DNA of 64,000 nucleotides, taken from positions 1 to 64,000 of the forward strand of contig JNEM01011617.1 in assembly GCA_000697335.1 (NCBI GenBank), read 5' to 3'. The notes beneath the pieces are model-generated. The model saw nothing but the letters and a program-made list of their open reading frames with translations, searched no databases and was not told where the DNA came from. A program made the translations under genes and the position numbers. This stretch comes from Conidiobolus incongruus B7586. Taxonomy: Eukaryota. The first letter of the stretch is position 1. The number at the start of each line of letters is the position of its first letter. This document shows, piece after piece, positions 1 to 11,528 of the stretch.

Positions 1-2655
1 TAAATAACAAAACTTATATATATCTTTTTTTTCTTTTGTTATATTATATATATTATAAAACTATTAAGCTAATATTTTAAAATTAATATTATAATACCTA
101 AATCTCTCTTTAAAAAAGTTCACTTATATATTAATTAACTTTATAATAAAAATAAATCAACTTGTAAGATTGTTAAAATTATTAGTGTTAGCTAATCTAT
201 TATAATTAGGGTTATTAAAAACAATGCTAAAGAAATTCTTAAATTAAAACTTAAGTTTGTTAAAATTATAGATAAACATGATAAAAAGTATATTTATAGA
301 TTAGTTAGTATAAATAAGTATAATATTATTATAAAAGTGTAACAAGAATAACAAGACTATACAAAAATATTAGTTAGTATTGATACTATTATATGTGTTT
401 TTATTAGAATAGATATTACTTACATCTTAAGAAAAAACACCTCTAAATAAAAAAGTCCCATTATAAAGTTAAATAAGAGTTTAAATATTAACACTAAAGT
501 TAAACTAAAATTAACTAGAGTAAAGTTATTTAATTTAATAAAACAAAGATATATTTTAATGAATCTAATAAAAAAGTTAGATGTTTCAAAAAAGATAAAA
601 AACTAATTTATAATTATTATGTTATTACAACCTAAAAATACAATAGTGGGTTAATTATATTACCTTGAATTTGAAATAATGGGAAATTTTTTAATTTCTG
701 ATTTTTCAAACATATTATTAGTTTGAAATAAATAAATATATACAAAGTTAATAGGAAATTATATATTTTTAATATATATATATATATATATTAGTTTTTT
801 TGATTAAAAAATTAACTTTTTAAAATTGGTGGTTTAATTTAATCATGCTTAAACCAAATAGTGATCATCAAAAGTTTTTTATTTTGGTATCAGTAAAACT
901 TAACCATAAACCCTCTAAAATTATTTAAAATTTACAAGCAGCTTTTAGTAATGAAGCATTATCTAAATTAACAATTTATTGCTTAGTAAATTACTTTAAG
1001 GTTAAGAGAGAAAATATTCAAAACCTGCTAAAATCTAAAAGCTTAACTTTAACTATCACTTTTTCAATTGTAAATAGAGTGAAAAAATATATTGAAAAGC
1101 ACCTTTTTATTTCAGCTAAAGAATTATCTAAGCATTTTAATATTAGTCTTATAAGTATTTTATATATTTTAAAGTTTAAACTAAAATTAATAAATAAAAA
1201 TGTAAAATGGGTACCTTATAATTTAACTAAAGCTTAAAAAAAAGCTAGAGTAACTATTGCTAAATAAAACCTATTGAAATATTAACAGAAGCCTAAACTT
1301 GTACAGTGAATAATTACAATTGATGAATCTTAGATCCTTATGTATAATCCTTTACCAAAACACAAATCAAGATGCTGGATTAAGCTAAATCAACCCCCTT
1401 TACAAATCCCTTTAAATAAACATTTTGTTAATAAGCAAAATTTTAATTATTATAAAAGATTATAATGTTATATGCTATTCTTATTTAGTTCCTAAAGGAA
1501 AATTAAATAATAGTAAACTATATATTGCTTTTTTAAATAAAAGTATTTCTAATTAGTGTTTTCAATATAATTTGAGAAGACCTATTATTTTGCATGATAA
1601 TTGCAAAATATATAAATCTAAAGCTATAAAAAACTTTCTAATTAAAAATAACTGGAAAAAACTACCATATCTAGTATATTCCTTTGATTATAACCTATGT
1701 TATTATAATTACTTTAAGTAATTAAAAAACCAGCTTACAGGAAAGAAAATTTCTGCAAGAAAATGTAATTAGTTTGTGAAACATCAAATTTCAGTTTTTA
1801 ATAAAAAGAATTGTTTTTTAGGTGTTAGAAGTTTGCTAAAAGTATAGCAAAAAGTTATTAATAATAAAAGAAACTATTAAATTTATATTATATATTTATT
1901 TTTATATATTATATATTCAAATGTTTATTTATTTTTAATTGCAAAAAATTCCCATTATTAAAAATATAGAGTAATAGTTTAAAGATATATATTATCTTTA
2001 AATATAAGGTATCTTTATAGGGTTAATAAGGGAATTAATACTGAAATATACTAAAATATTCTAAATAATGAATTAAAAAAAACTATTAAATAGTATAGAT
2101 TAAAGAAATCAAATATTATTTTCTAACAAGATAATACACCTTGTGATATTATAAATTCTACTATTAAATGACTTAAAGATAAGAAAATAACTATTATCAA
2201 ATAGACTCCTCAATCTCCTAATTTTAACCTAATTAAATATTTTTGGGATCAACTAAAAAAATTAATTAAAGTTTTCCCCCTAGTAAAAATTTAAATCAAC
2301 TTTAGAAGTATATTCAAGAAGCTTAGAATAATATTAGTCTTGCTTAATATAAGAAACTAGTTGATTTTATACCCCACAAACTTAAAGAAGTTAAAAAAGC
2401 AAAAGATGGATATATTAGATATTAATTTTTCTATCAATACTAAAACTTGGAAATTTATAACTTATCTTAAGTATACTTTTAGTATTAAAATATCAATTAA
2501 TAATTAATTAAATTTAACTATATATATTATATTATATATAAAAAATATATATTAATTATATAATTTAATATAAGTTTATTTAAATTAGAATTGATTAAGA
2601 TATTAATAGAAATATATATATTTTTAATTTTATAACTCACTTTTGTGAGCTAGTG
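1..2655 (+). mobile_element. Degenerate Tc1-family (DD34E) DNA transposon, interrupted by a mariner insertion at 660-1974; left end lies outside the window
   Basis: Manual translation gives an HTH-like N-terminus (~140-230) and KYNSGLII|V*RYI across the insertion (cf. KHGGGSIMVWGCI). It also gives IF*QDNTPC (2118-2144), *TPQSPNFNLIKYFWDQLK (cf. WPPQSPDLNPIE..W..LK) with 34 residues between D and the E position (now K), and C-terminal KAKDGYIRY* (~2425). The putative right TIR is ...ACTTTTGTGAGCTAGTG followed by TA at 2656-2657. Confidence 0.85.
660..1974 (+). mobile_element. Full-length degenerate mariner-family (DD34D) element, ~1.3 kb, copy 1; transposase pseudogene ~845-1880
   Basis: Imperfect TIRs TTACCTTGAATTTGAAATAATGGGAAATTTTT / AAAAATTCCCATTATTAAAAATATAGAGTAA, flanked by TA at 658-659 and 1975-1976. 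Translation from ATG 845 shows mariner motifs FSNEALSKLTIY, KWVPYNLT, IITIDES*, LHDN, LPYLVYSFDYNLC (cf. PHPPYSPDLAPSD) and KV*QKVI, with several stops. Confidence 0.92.
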
Positions 2656-2674
2656 TATATAGAATTTAAAAGCA

Positions 2675-2777
2675 TATAATTTCCTATTTACTTTGTATAA
2701 ATCTATTTATTTAAAACTAATACCATTTTTGAAAAATCATAAATTAAAAATTTCCCATTATTTTATATTCAAGGTAA
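2675..2777 (-). mobile_element. Solo left-end fragment of the same mariner family
   Basis: Reverse complement matches ~660-765 (…AAATTTCCCATTATTTTATATTCAAGGTAA followed by TA). Confidence 0.8.
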
Positions 2778-3588
2778 TAATATCAATATATATTCAATTA
2801 TACTATCTTTTAATTTTTTTTATGATTTGTTAAGATTAATCAAATTATTAACTCAAAATAGATATTTAATGATAATTATATTCTTCAATAATTATATTTG
2901 ATTAAGTACTTTATTAACTTAAGATATAAAACTATTGAATAAAATAATTTATTAAATACTTAATATAAACTATTAGAAAATGATTGTATTATATATTTAA
3001 TATAATTTTATAAAAACCAATTTAATAATTTTTTTAACTAAACAAAGTCATTGTATTTGAGATTAAATCTATCATCAATGTTAATGAAGGAGCAAATGAA
3101 CAAAACTCCTGATTTTCATTAATTTGAATATTCTTATACTTAATTCTCATTATTAATGTATTATTATAATAAATTTAGATTTTTATATATAATCTTTTGA
3201 GTAAAATTGTATTTAATTTATTTGATATTTTAAATATTATTAATATCTTTAAATTTTTAATAATTAGCAATCTTTTATATAAAATATAATTTAAAAAATA
3301 ATAAGGTTTTGGTATATAATAACTATTATAATTTGTAAATATATTTTTTTCCATATTTTATACTTAGCAATATTTAATAATGATGAATAATCAAGTGATT
3401 CTAATAAAGGTTTAGAATAACACTTTTCAATAGTAACTCTATTCGTTTATTAATTATAATTTTATGAAAATATCATATTCAGTAGTTGATAATATAGCAA
3501 TAAAACATTATAAATTAGATCAAATTTTTAACTTAAGAAAGAGTAACAGATCTGAAAAAAATAACTAGAAATTTATTCCTATAATACA

Positions 3589-4353
3589 TTAGCATCTTAA
3601 CTTAACCCCATTCTTCTGGATGAAGTCCATACCGTAGGGTTGAACGCGAGCTCGAATGTAGGTAACTTTCCAAGGGGTTGGAGCATTCCAGTTGGAGACA
3701 CACACATCGCCATTCTGGTAAACCTTTTCGACGATTCCCACGTGACCATAGCCACCAGCACCGTTGACACCGGGTTGAGTAATTACCATGGCACCGACGG
3801 AGGGCTGTTGCGAGATTCTGTAGCCTCCCTTGCGACGTGCGTCACTGACCCAGAGACGAGCGTCACCAGTAAGCCCGCCATTCACTCCGAAAAGTTGCTT
3901 GTAGCGACCGTCGGCCCATTCGGTACATTGGCCGCTGGGGTAAGGTTGGTTCATATTGGTGGACCAGTTGCTGATATCCTGCGCGGAGGACTTGGAGCAT
4001 GGGTCATTGTTGGGGACGCGAGCTTCACAGCTGTTTCCACCTTGGGGAGGATTCTTATTCTGGTTTTGATCTTGACCAGGTCTTTGATCCTGGTTCTGAT
4101 TTTGGTTGGGGTATTCTCCAGGCTGTTGGTTTTGGTTAGCATTGCAACCGGTTGGAGGTTGGTAATTCTGGTTTTTGTCCCCACCCTGTTGGTTCATAAT
4201 CTGGTCAATCTGGGACCACAGCTGATTGTATTCATCGGAGGAAAGGGACGAGCTGTAGGGAGCCAAGATGGAGTTGACAGTCGCGTCGTTAGTAGCACTG
4301 CTAGCTTGAGCCAGCAAGACGGCAGTAGAAAAGATTGACAAGAATTTAACCAT
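3589..4353 (-). CDS. Secreted CHAP-domain protein (putative peptidoglycan amidase/endopeptidase), 254 aa
   Basis: Signal-peptide-like N-terminus (MVKFLSIFSTAVLLAQASSA), N/Q/P-rich linker, then CHAP motifs GQCTEWA, GDARLW, PSVGAMVITQPG and YGHVGIVEKV...NGDVCVSNWN. Intronless and much more GC-rich than its flanks. Confidence 0.92.
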   Translation of the reverse strand: MVKFLSIFSTAVLLAQASSATNDATVNSILAPYSSSLSSDEYNQLWSQIDQIMNQQGGDKNQNYQPPTGCNANQNQQPGEYPNQNQNQDQRPGQDQNQNKNPPQGGNSCEARVPNNDPCSKSSAQDISNWSTNMNQPYPSGQCTEWADGRYKQLFGVNGGLTGDARLWVSDARRKGGYRISQQPSVGAMVITQPGVNGAGGYGHVGIVEKVYQNGDVCVSNWNAPTPWKVTYIRARVQPYGMDFIQKNGVKLRC

Positions 4354-7121
4354 TTTGGTAATTAAGGCGCTTTGTTACTATCAAAGTATAGTGCCCTTTT
4401 GAAGTCTCTTGTCACCGTTTTTATAGTTTTGATAAAATTCCCAGCACATTATATCAATCCATTGTATAATATATGATAAATATAATCTAGATAAAATATA
4501 ATCACTATCAGTTGTAAAATTTGTAAATAAACCAGAATATTGAATCGAATGGATAAATTAACAAGTTTACAAATTCTGAAAGGATTAGGTTACAAAAATA
4601 TCTATCAAATAAATAATATTTATTATCTTGTCAGTTGATAGTAACACGTGAATTGTTGCATTCTGGGCCTTAATTTGGTATCTTAAATTGTTAGTGACAG
4701 TGATAGTAGCTACATGTTTATTTTTTCACTACGAATTAACGCCAAATATATTTGTGGTATTGATTATATTAATAGTTGATCAATAATGTTAGAATCGGAA
4801 TGTATTATCAATATTTAAGTGGAAAAATGTTCAAAAGTTAAAATAACAGCAAAAATAATATATGGATTGAATTATATAATTCAAAATCTTTTTGTTGTTT
4901 GTATGCTTATCATATATAATATAAGAATTTTGATTTAATTATCCTTGACTCATATAATTGTAAATTGAAATAACCCATCAATAAATAATCATAAAACTTA
5001 TTAGATAATGAATGCTATTGTTTCAAATACTATCAATGCTGCAAAATCCTATCCAATTTTTGATTTACAGATAAATAAAATATATTAATTGGATGGTTAA
5101 TTAAAATAAAATGTATTCTGAAACAGAAAATTAATATTCACTCTCATTTTGAAAAATGGTTAAAACAAATTTAGTCATAAAGAATTAAAATATAACCTTT
5201 GTAATGCAACAAAAATTATTATAAATAATCTAACTTTTCTACGATACATTTACTTTTAATGATGTATTATATGATTAAACTAAATACAAAATCAATTTGT
5301 TTAATAAATACGATACTTATTTGAATATCTCTCAGCCCTTCATTTATTTCGTAAATTATCATTAAATTGTTCAAATTTAATAACCATTTTATTTATTACC
5401 TGTGAATCAATAAAGATATGTAATGGTGATTTCAAAATTTTTAAAAATCAATATATACAAATACATGTGATTGATGTCAATAAAAACAAAATTATATTGC
5501 AATATATTTGCTGTGTTCGAATTAAGTAAAATTAAAGTTTAACTAATTTTTTATGCATGCAATAATTAGATGATTTTCTCACAGATGTAATACCTTATTT
5601 CGTGATCATAACATTTTTTATTATTACTTAATTGGACCATTCTTTCAAATCCAATATTAAAATATTTTGTTTTATTAATAGTTTTTTGAAATGGTAATAC
5701 ACTATTATAATTATCAATTATTTTAAAAAGTTCGTTGAGATCATTTAATAGATTTGAATTTGCGAAATAAGACTTTTCCTTTTATATAGTCAACTTGATT
5801 ACTCTATTCAAATTTGATAACACTGTAATCTTATATACAATATTTATTAAACTAGTTTAATTAATACAAATAATGCAAAGTGCTCATAAAATAATGAAAA
5901 CAATCTTAATTTACTCTCTCAATCTGTAAGATATACTAATCACTTAAACAAACATTATCTATTTATAACATTAACGAAACTTTTGCAATTCTTGATTACA
6001 CTACATTTATCAAATCACTCACATATATATCAAAATTTACAAATTTTTCTAATTACAGGAATCTGATACCAGTCATATCAAATTTTTAACAATTTACACA
6101 GAATATTCTCAGACTTTGTTCAAGTGGAGTATGTTTAATTTATCGCGGCGTTCATTTGGCAATAATTAGTTTATTGAAAGAGTTATGTGGATTGGGAATT
6201 TTCTTTGGCAGTAGTTGAATGATCGCGATATAATTTGTCAAAAAATGTATGTTTAAATAATAATATGAGTAATATGACTCTGATATATTGAAAAAAAATG
6301 TCAGATTGGTAATCTTTGACATTGAAATTTGAAATTATTAATATATATTATCATATATTCATCTTAATATTTAACAAACCATATTTTTTATAATGTTAAC
6401 TATAGTTGGAATATTAAAAATTTAATTTAATACTAATTTAGAAAAATGATAAACTGGATATTAATAAATATAACCATGTGTGATTTATAAATATATAAAA
6501 ACCAATATTTTCAGAAACTGATTATAAAATCATTAACAGATTTATAATGGAATTGAAATATTCAAAAATACATTGTGTTGGAAATAAATTCCATCCATTC
6601 ATGTAACACTCTTTATTATATAACTAGTATATTAAGTTATCAAATCTGTTGATTATATTTTATAATAGTAATAGTAATACTAACCAAAAAAATATCCCAA
6701 TTTTAAGAATTTCAAACTACTCTATATATTATTTAATTAACATTAGGCAAGATAATAAAATCAATACATTAAAATTGTCATAATATTGTAATTACGGTGT
6801 CATCTTGATGGTGTCATTAGTTGTTGAAAAACTATATGTGCTTAATATAAGTTTCGAAAATATTAAATATCAGATATCATAAAAGTTCACATCAAATGAA
6901 AAGTCAAATTTTTGATAGCTTGTGAACGCTGTAACCCTCAAAAGAATTAAAAATAATATTAAATATAGTCATTGATATGCTACAAGTTTTTCAAAATGAC
7001 ATTAGGAATTATTACATTATAAAACCAATAAATTTCTTGTTAATAATTAATATATACAAACTACCAATTTTTGGCATTAAACTAGGCAAAACTTTGACAG
7101 TTTTATACCGACAGCTCCATA

Positions 7122-8117
7122 ATGGCCAATGTTTCTATTATTGTTCAGTTGTCACTTATCTTACTAAGCAAAGTGAGCGGTGCTCACAGCTATGATTTGG
7201 TTCAAAACGTGAACATTCACTGTACACGATCTTTAAGTCAGGAAGAATTCAGCCAAATTTGGAATCAGGTTCAATCGATTTTATATCAAAATGGTAATGA
7301 AAGTAATCAGTAAAATATTTAAAATCCTCAACAATCTTCTTGTTATCGTCTGGTGGTCAGAGACCTCTTAGCTAAAATCAGCAGTAGCAATAGCAGAATG
7401 GTAATGATGGTCAGGTGGTCGATATTTTGTATCCTAATAAACTTTCTAAACCACATCAACAGTAAAATCAAGAGAAGCCTTAGCAAAACGGCAACGAGGT
7501 TCAAATTTTCAATATCTTAAAGCAATGTAAACCACCTAAGCCTGAACAACAAAAGCCACAGAAAGGTTATCAAAATCACCAACAAAATGGTAATGAAGGT
7601 CAAATCGTAGATATATTAAAGCTATTCAATTCCAGTCAAACCACAGCGAGAAATCAGAAAAGAAGTCATTCGTTCAATGTGAAGCTCGTATTTCCTATAA
7701 TGATCCCTGTACCAGGTCAAGCGCCTAAATTCAATGCACATTTTCATCCCCCATGAATCAGCTATATCCCGGCAGTCTATGCACAGAGTGGGATGACGCC
7801 AGATAAAAGAGCTACTCGAAGTGAACAGCAAATTGAATGGAGACGCTCGTCAGTGGCCATCCGACAAAAGAAGCAAATATGATTACAAGATCACTATCTC
7901 ACCTTCCGTGGGTATTATGGTAGTGATCCAGCCCGGAGTGTTGGGAGCTGGATTTACAGGATATGCTGGAATCGTCGAAAAAGTTTACGAGAATGGCGAT
8001 GTATGCGTCTCCAATTGGGATTTTCCAACCCCTTGAAAGACTAATTACATCAAGCAAAAGGGTATGAATTAAGATGTCAAGTATATTCAAAAGGATGGAG
8101 CTAAGCTGAAAAGCTAA
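7122..8117 (+). pseudogene. CHAP-domain protein pseudogene (paralog of 3589-4353 and 11529-12575)
   Basis: Signal peptide plus SLSQEEFSQIWNQVQSIL, homologous to SLSSDEYNQLWSQIDQIM. C-terminal LNGDARQWPSD...QPGVLGAGFTGYAGIVEKVYENGDVCVSNWDFPTP*KT. It has multiple TAA/TAG stops in Gln runs, a frameshift, TGG->TGA at 8034-8036, and the catalytic His replaced by Tyr (TAT 7962-7964). Confidence 0.92.
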
Positions 8118-8734
8118 ATATTGTAAACACTCATTAATGGATTTATGAATAAATAAACCCTATATCAATATATTTCTAAATCATTTAAGTTAATTTCAAT
8201 AGATATCCTTATTATGGATTTAACTTTAAACTTCACTTAGAATATTAATTTAAAAATAGAAATGTACATTAATGTTTGAAATTTAAATAATTTCATCAAT
8301 ATTCAATGAAACTTTTAAAGAATACATTATACTTAATATTATTTGAATTTTATACACATATATAACTAAATTTTTTTCAATAAAAATTTAACAATTATAA
8401 TCATTTATTACGGTTAGATTCAGTTAATGATAAATTATATCTAAAGTTTTAAGATTATTACCATCGATTACAATATATTAGATTAAATTGGAAAGTATTG
8501 TCTTTTAGAAATTGTTATAAAACAAAATAAATAAAAAAAAACAAATTAAAGTAAATAATTAAGTAAGAGAATTAAAGATAGAAATAAATATCGTATAAAG
8601 AAGATGGGTAATAAAATGCTATTATTAAGGTGCTTATAATAATAACTATAATATTTGTTATTGTTTTGAGAATTAACTATAATCAATGTGTCATTAATCA
8701 CTTTTGTGAAGTGATTAGTTGTATAGTTAGATAA

Positions 8735-8807
8735 GGTTCCATGGCCAAATGGATAAGGCGCTTGACTACGGATCAAGAGATTCCAGGTTCGATCCCTGGT
8801 GGAATCG
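8735..8807 (+). tRNA. tRNA-Arg (anticodon ACG), intronless
   Basis: Acceptor stem GGTTCCA/TGGAATC, D-loop AATGGATAA, anticodon arm CTTGA-CTACGGA-TCAAG, T-arm CCAGG-TTCGATC-CCTGG. No encoded CCA, and TTTT terminator immediately downstream. Confidence 0.97.
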
Positions 8808-8969
8808 TTTTAAATTTCAAATTTTATATAGTTGAATTTACATCATAATAATATATATTTTTTTGTTTATACATATTTTCACATTTTTAAATAATAATAT
8901 TTTCTTTAAAATTATATAAATATATTTTGTTATTCTCTATTATTTCCTTGAATTCAATTATCATTAATA

Positions 8970-9525
8970 TTACTCTGTATTTTTAATAATTGGAATTTTT
9001 TGTAATTAAAAATAAATAAACATTTGAATATATGATATATAAAAATAAATATATAATATAAATTTAATAGTTTCTTTTATTATTAATAACTTTTTGCTAT
9101 ACTTTTAACAAACTTCTAACACTTAAAAAACAGTTCTTTTTATTAAAGACTGAAATTTGATATTTCACAAACCAATTAAATTTTCCTGTAGAAATTTTCT
9201 TTCCTGCAAGCTGGTTTTTTAATTACCTAAAGCAATTATAATAACATAGGTTATAATCAAAGGAATATACTAGATATGGTAGTTTTTTCCAGTTATTTTT
9301 AATTAGAAAGTTTTTTACAACTTTAGATTTATGTATTTTACAATTATCATGTAAAATAATAGGTCTTCTCAAATTATATTGAGAACACTAATTAGAAATA
9401 CTTTTATTTAAAAAAAAAATATATAATTTCCTATTAACTTTGTATATATTTATTTATTTCAAACTAATAATATGTTTGAAAAATCAGAAATTAAAAAATT
9501 TCCCATTATTTTAAATTCAAGGTAA
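8970..9525 (-). mobile_element. Internally deleted (non-autonomous) mariner copy
   Basis: Both TIRs are present with TA on each side (8968-8969, 9526-9527). The sequence matches the reverse complement of ~1530-1974 joined at ~9410-9420 to ~660-770 of copy 1. Confidence 0.92.
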
Positions 9526-11528
9526 TATTATCCCATTTTCAGGAAAAACAATTATCAGTTTATACCAATAAACCTTGCAACTTTATTTTTTAATACATAC
9601 ATAAACCTGTGTAATATAAGCTAAATATACTAATCATACCATTTTAAAATACTCATAATTAAAAATTATTAATAGCTTTAAAAAATTTCAAATTTAATTA
9701 CATATTTAATATGAAAATGAAATAATATAGTATCAATTTTAACTGTGTTGGATTTTTATATTGATGATATTATTTCAAAATAATCGAAATATAACAATTT
9801 TATATTATAATAAGCAACCATCATATTAATTGGTTTTAATTAAATATCATTTTAAGTTGAATATTAAGTTCAAATTTTTATTATGAAACAATCCATAAAG
9901 CTGTATTATCAAATATACCTTATTCAAAAAAATTCATATAATATGTCTAATTTTATTAATAACGGAGTTATAATAGTATAAACCAAGGTTTGAAATATAT
10001 ATGTTTTACTGTAATTATTATTAAAATATCAATTGTTATATAAAACTTATTTATTTTTTACATTTTTAAGTTGACCTATTATTTTTGAAATTCTTTTTAA
10101 TAAATGGGCGAAATTATCTTTAATTTTTCCAATGCATCATTATTTCACTTGTTTCTCTTATATAATATTTTTGTAAATTTTTTAAAAGGTTCTTTTATTT
10201 TACTTGAAATATAAAATTAACCAGTTTGTTAGATTATGTTGTTGAGATTCCTTAGTTTTTGAAAATATGGTTTATTAATAAGAGATGCTTATCTTTATAT
10301 GGTTTCAGGTAAAGCTTTTTTAAGAAATTTAAACAAACAATTAATTAGATTTACTAATAAAATTACACGCCTAAATTAAACGTAAGGTGTTTTAAACACT
10401 AATACTCTTACAATTCTGCAATCATATTCTCATTTTACATATTTAGAAATTATTAGGAATTTTCAAATCAGAGACTATTAAAAATTCATGAATTCTAATT
10501 TACTAATATCAGATATAAAATCAATCATAAAGAGGTGAGTATTTTACGTATGTAGTAAGGTGGTAGTATGATATAAATCCAAATAACAAAATAAAGCAAT
10601 AGAAAGAGAAATGGTTTCCTCATGCCAATTTGTTTGTTTTGCAATAGTAATAAATAGGACATTTACTTTTATAAACTCTAAATCTAGTACCTGTTTTGCA
10701 CTCCACTAATAAATAATGAAACACAAGTCTCTGAATGCTAAGAAATTTTATCAATGTATTCTGATAATCATATGAATAATAGGCTAATTAGCTATGAAAT
10801 TAAGTCTATCTGGTAGCAAATCTGGTTCATTGTGCAGAAATATGAGTTTAATTAACAATCATTCATTTTATAAATTTAATTTTGAATGTTCATTTTCTTT
10901 TTGGAGAATTTCTGAGTTGAATGCTTTAATAATCATTTAAGATGGGCGAGCTGTATACCAATCTTGAAATTGATTTAGAGGATTATATTTCAGGATATTA
11001 AAATGGAATTATAGTATAATTAATATATAGTCATTCGGATTTTAAAAAGTTTAACATATTACCAAATATGTTTCAATTAATTAAAACACTTGAACTAACA
11101 AAAATTTAACAAAATTTGACATTTAAGTGTAACCCATTAACTGACTCCTGCTGATAATCATATCACCAATCAATTAAACGAGGCGCATTTAGGCAATTAT
11201 TTAGCTTCAATTATTTAGATAAGCGTAATGCATTCATAAGCGCCAACTCTTTTCACTTTTTGCAGAATTTTTTTTAGAAATTTTGTGGTATTTTGTTATA
11301 ATTGGTAATTATTTGCGGTTTTAAGAATTCTAATAGGTTTCGCGAAATGTAAGACGATTAAAAAGCTGTTCAAATACTGGTAATATGGTATATGTTGCAT
11401 ATAAGTTGCTATTTTTAATAGTTCTATAACATGTCTTTGGGCAATGGATTTGACAATATTGTATACTATATAATGGATGGCTTGAAATACAAAATCATCA
11501 ATTTGAAGTCATATTTGATATATCGACC

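Noticed and set aside
3640..4338. 232-aa + strand ORF (and 3951-4184)
   Set aside because: Antisense or alternative-frame shadow of the CHAP gene; the hydrophobic text is just the complement of N/Q codons.
4415..4430. TATA-like boxes ~50-80 bp upstream of several genes
   Set aside because: Plausible, but not distinguishable from background in such AT-rich DNA.
7311..7482. TAA/TAG in Gln runs as evidence of a ciliate-type genetic code
   Set aside because: Intact genes in the window end with TAA and contain no internal TAA/TAG; this copy also has a frameshift and a catalytic-site mutation.
8546..8776. 76-aa ORF
   Set aside because: Overlaps the tRNA antisense; low-complexity AT-rich sequence.
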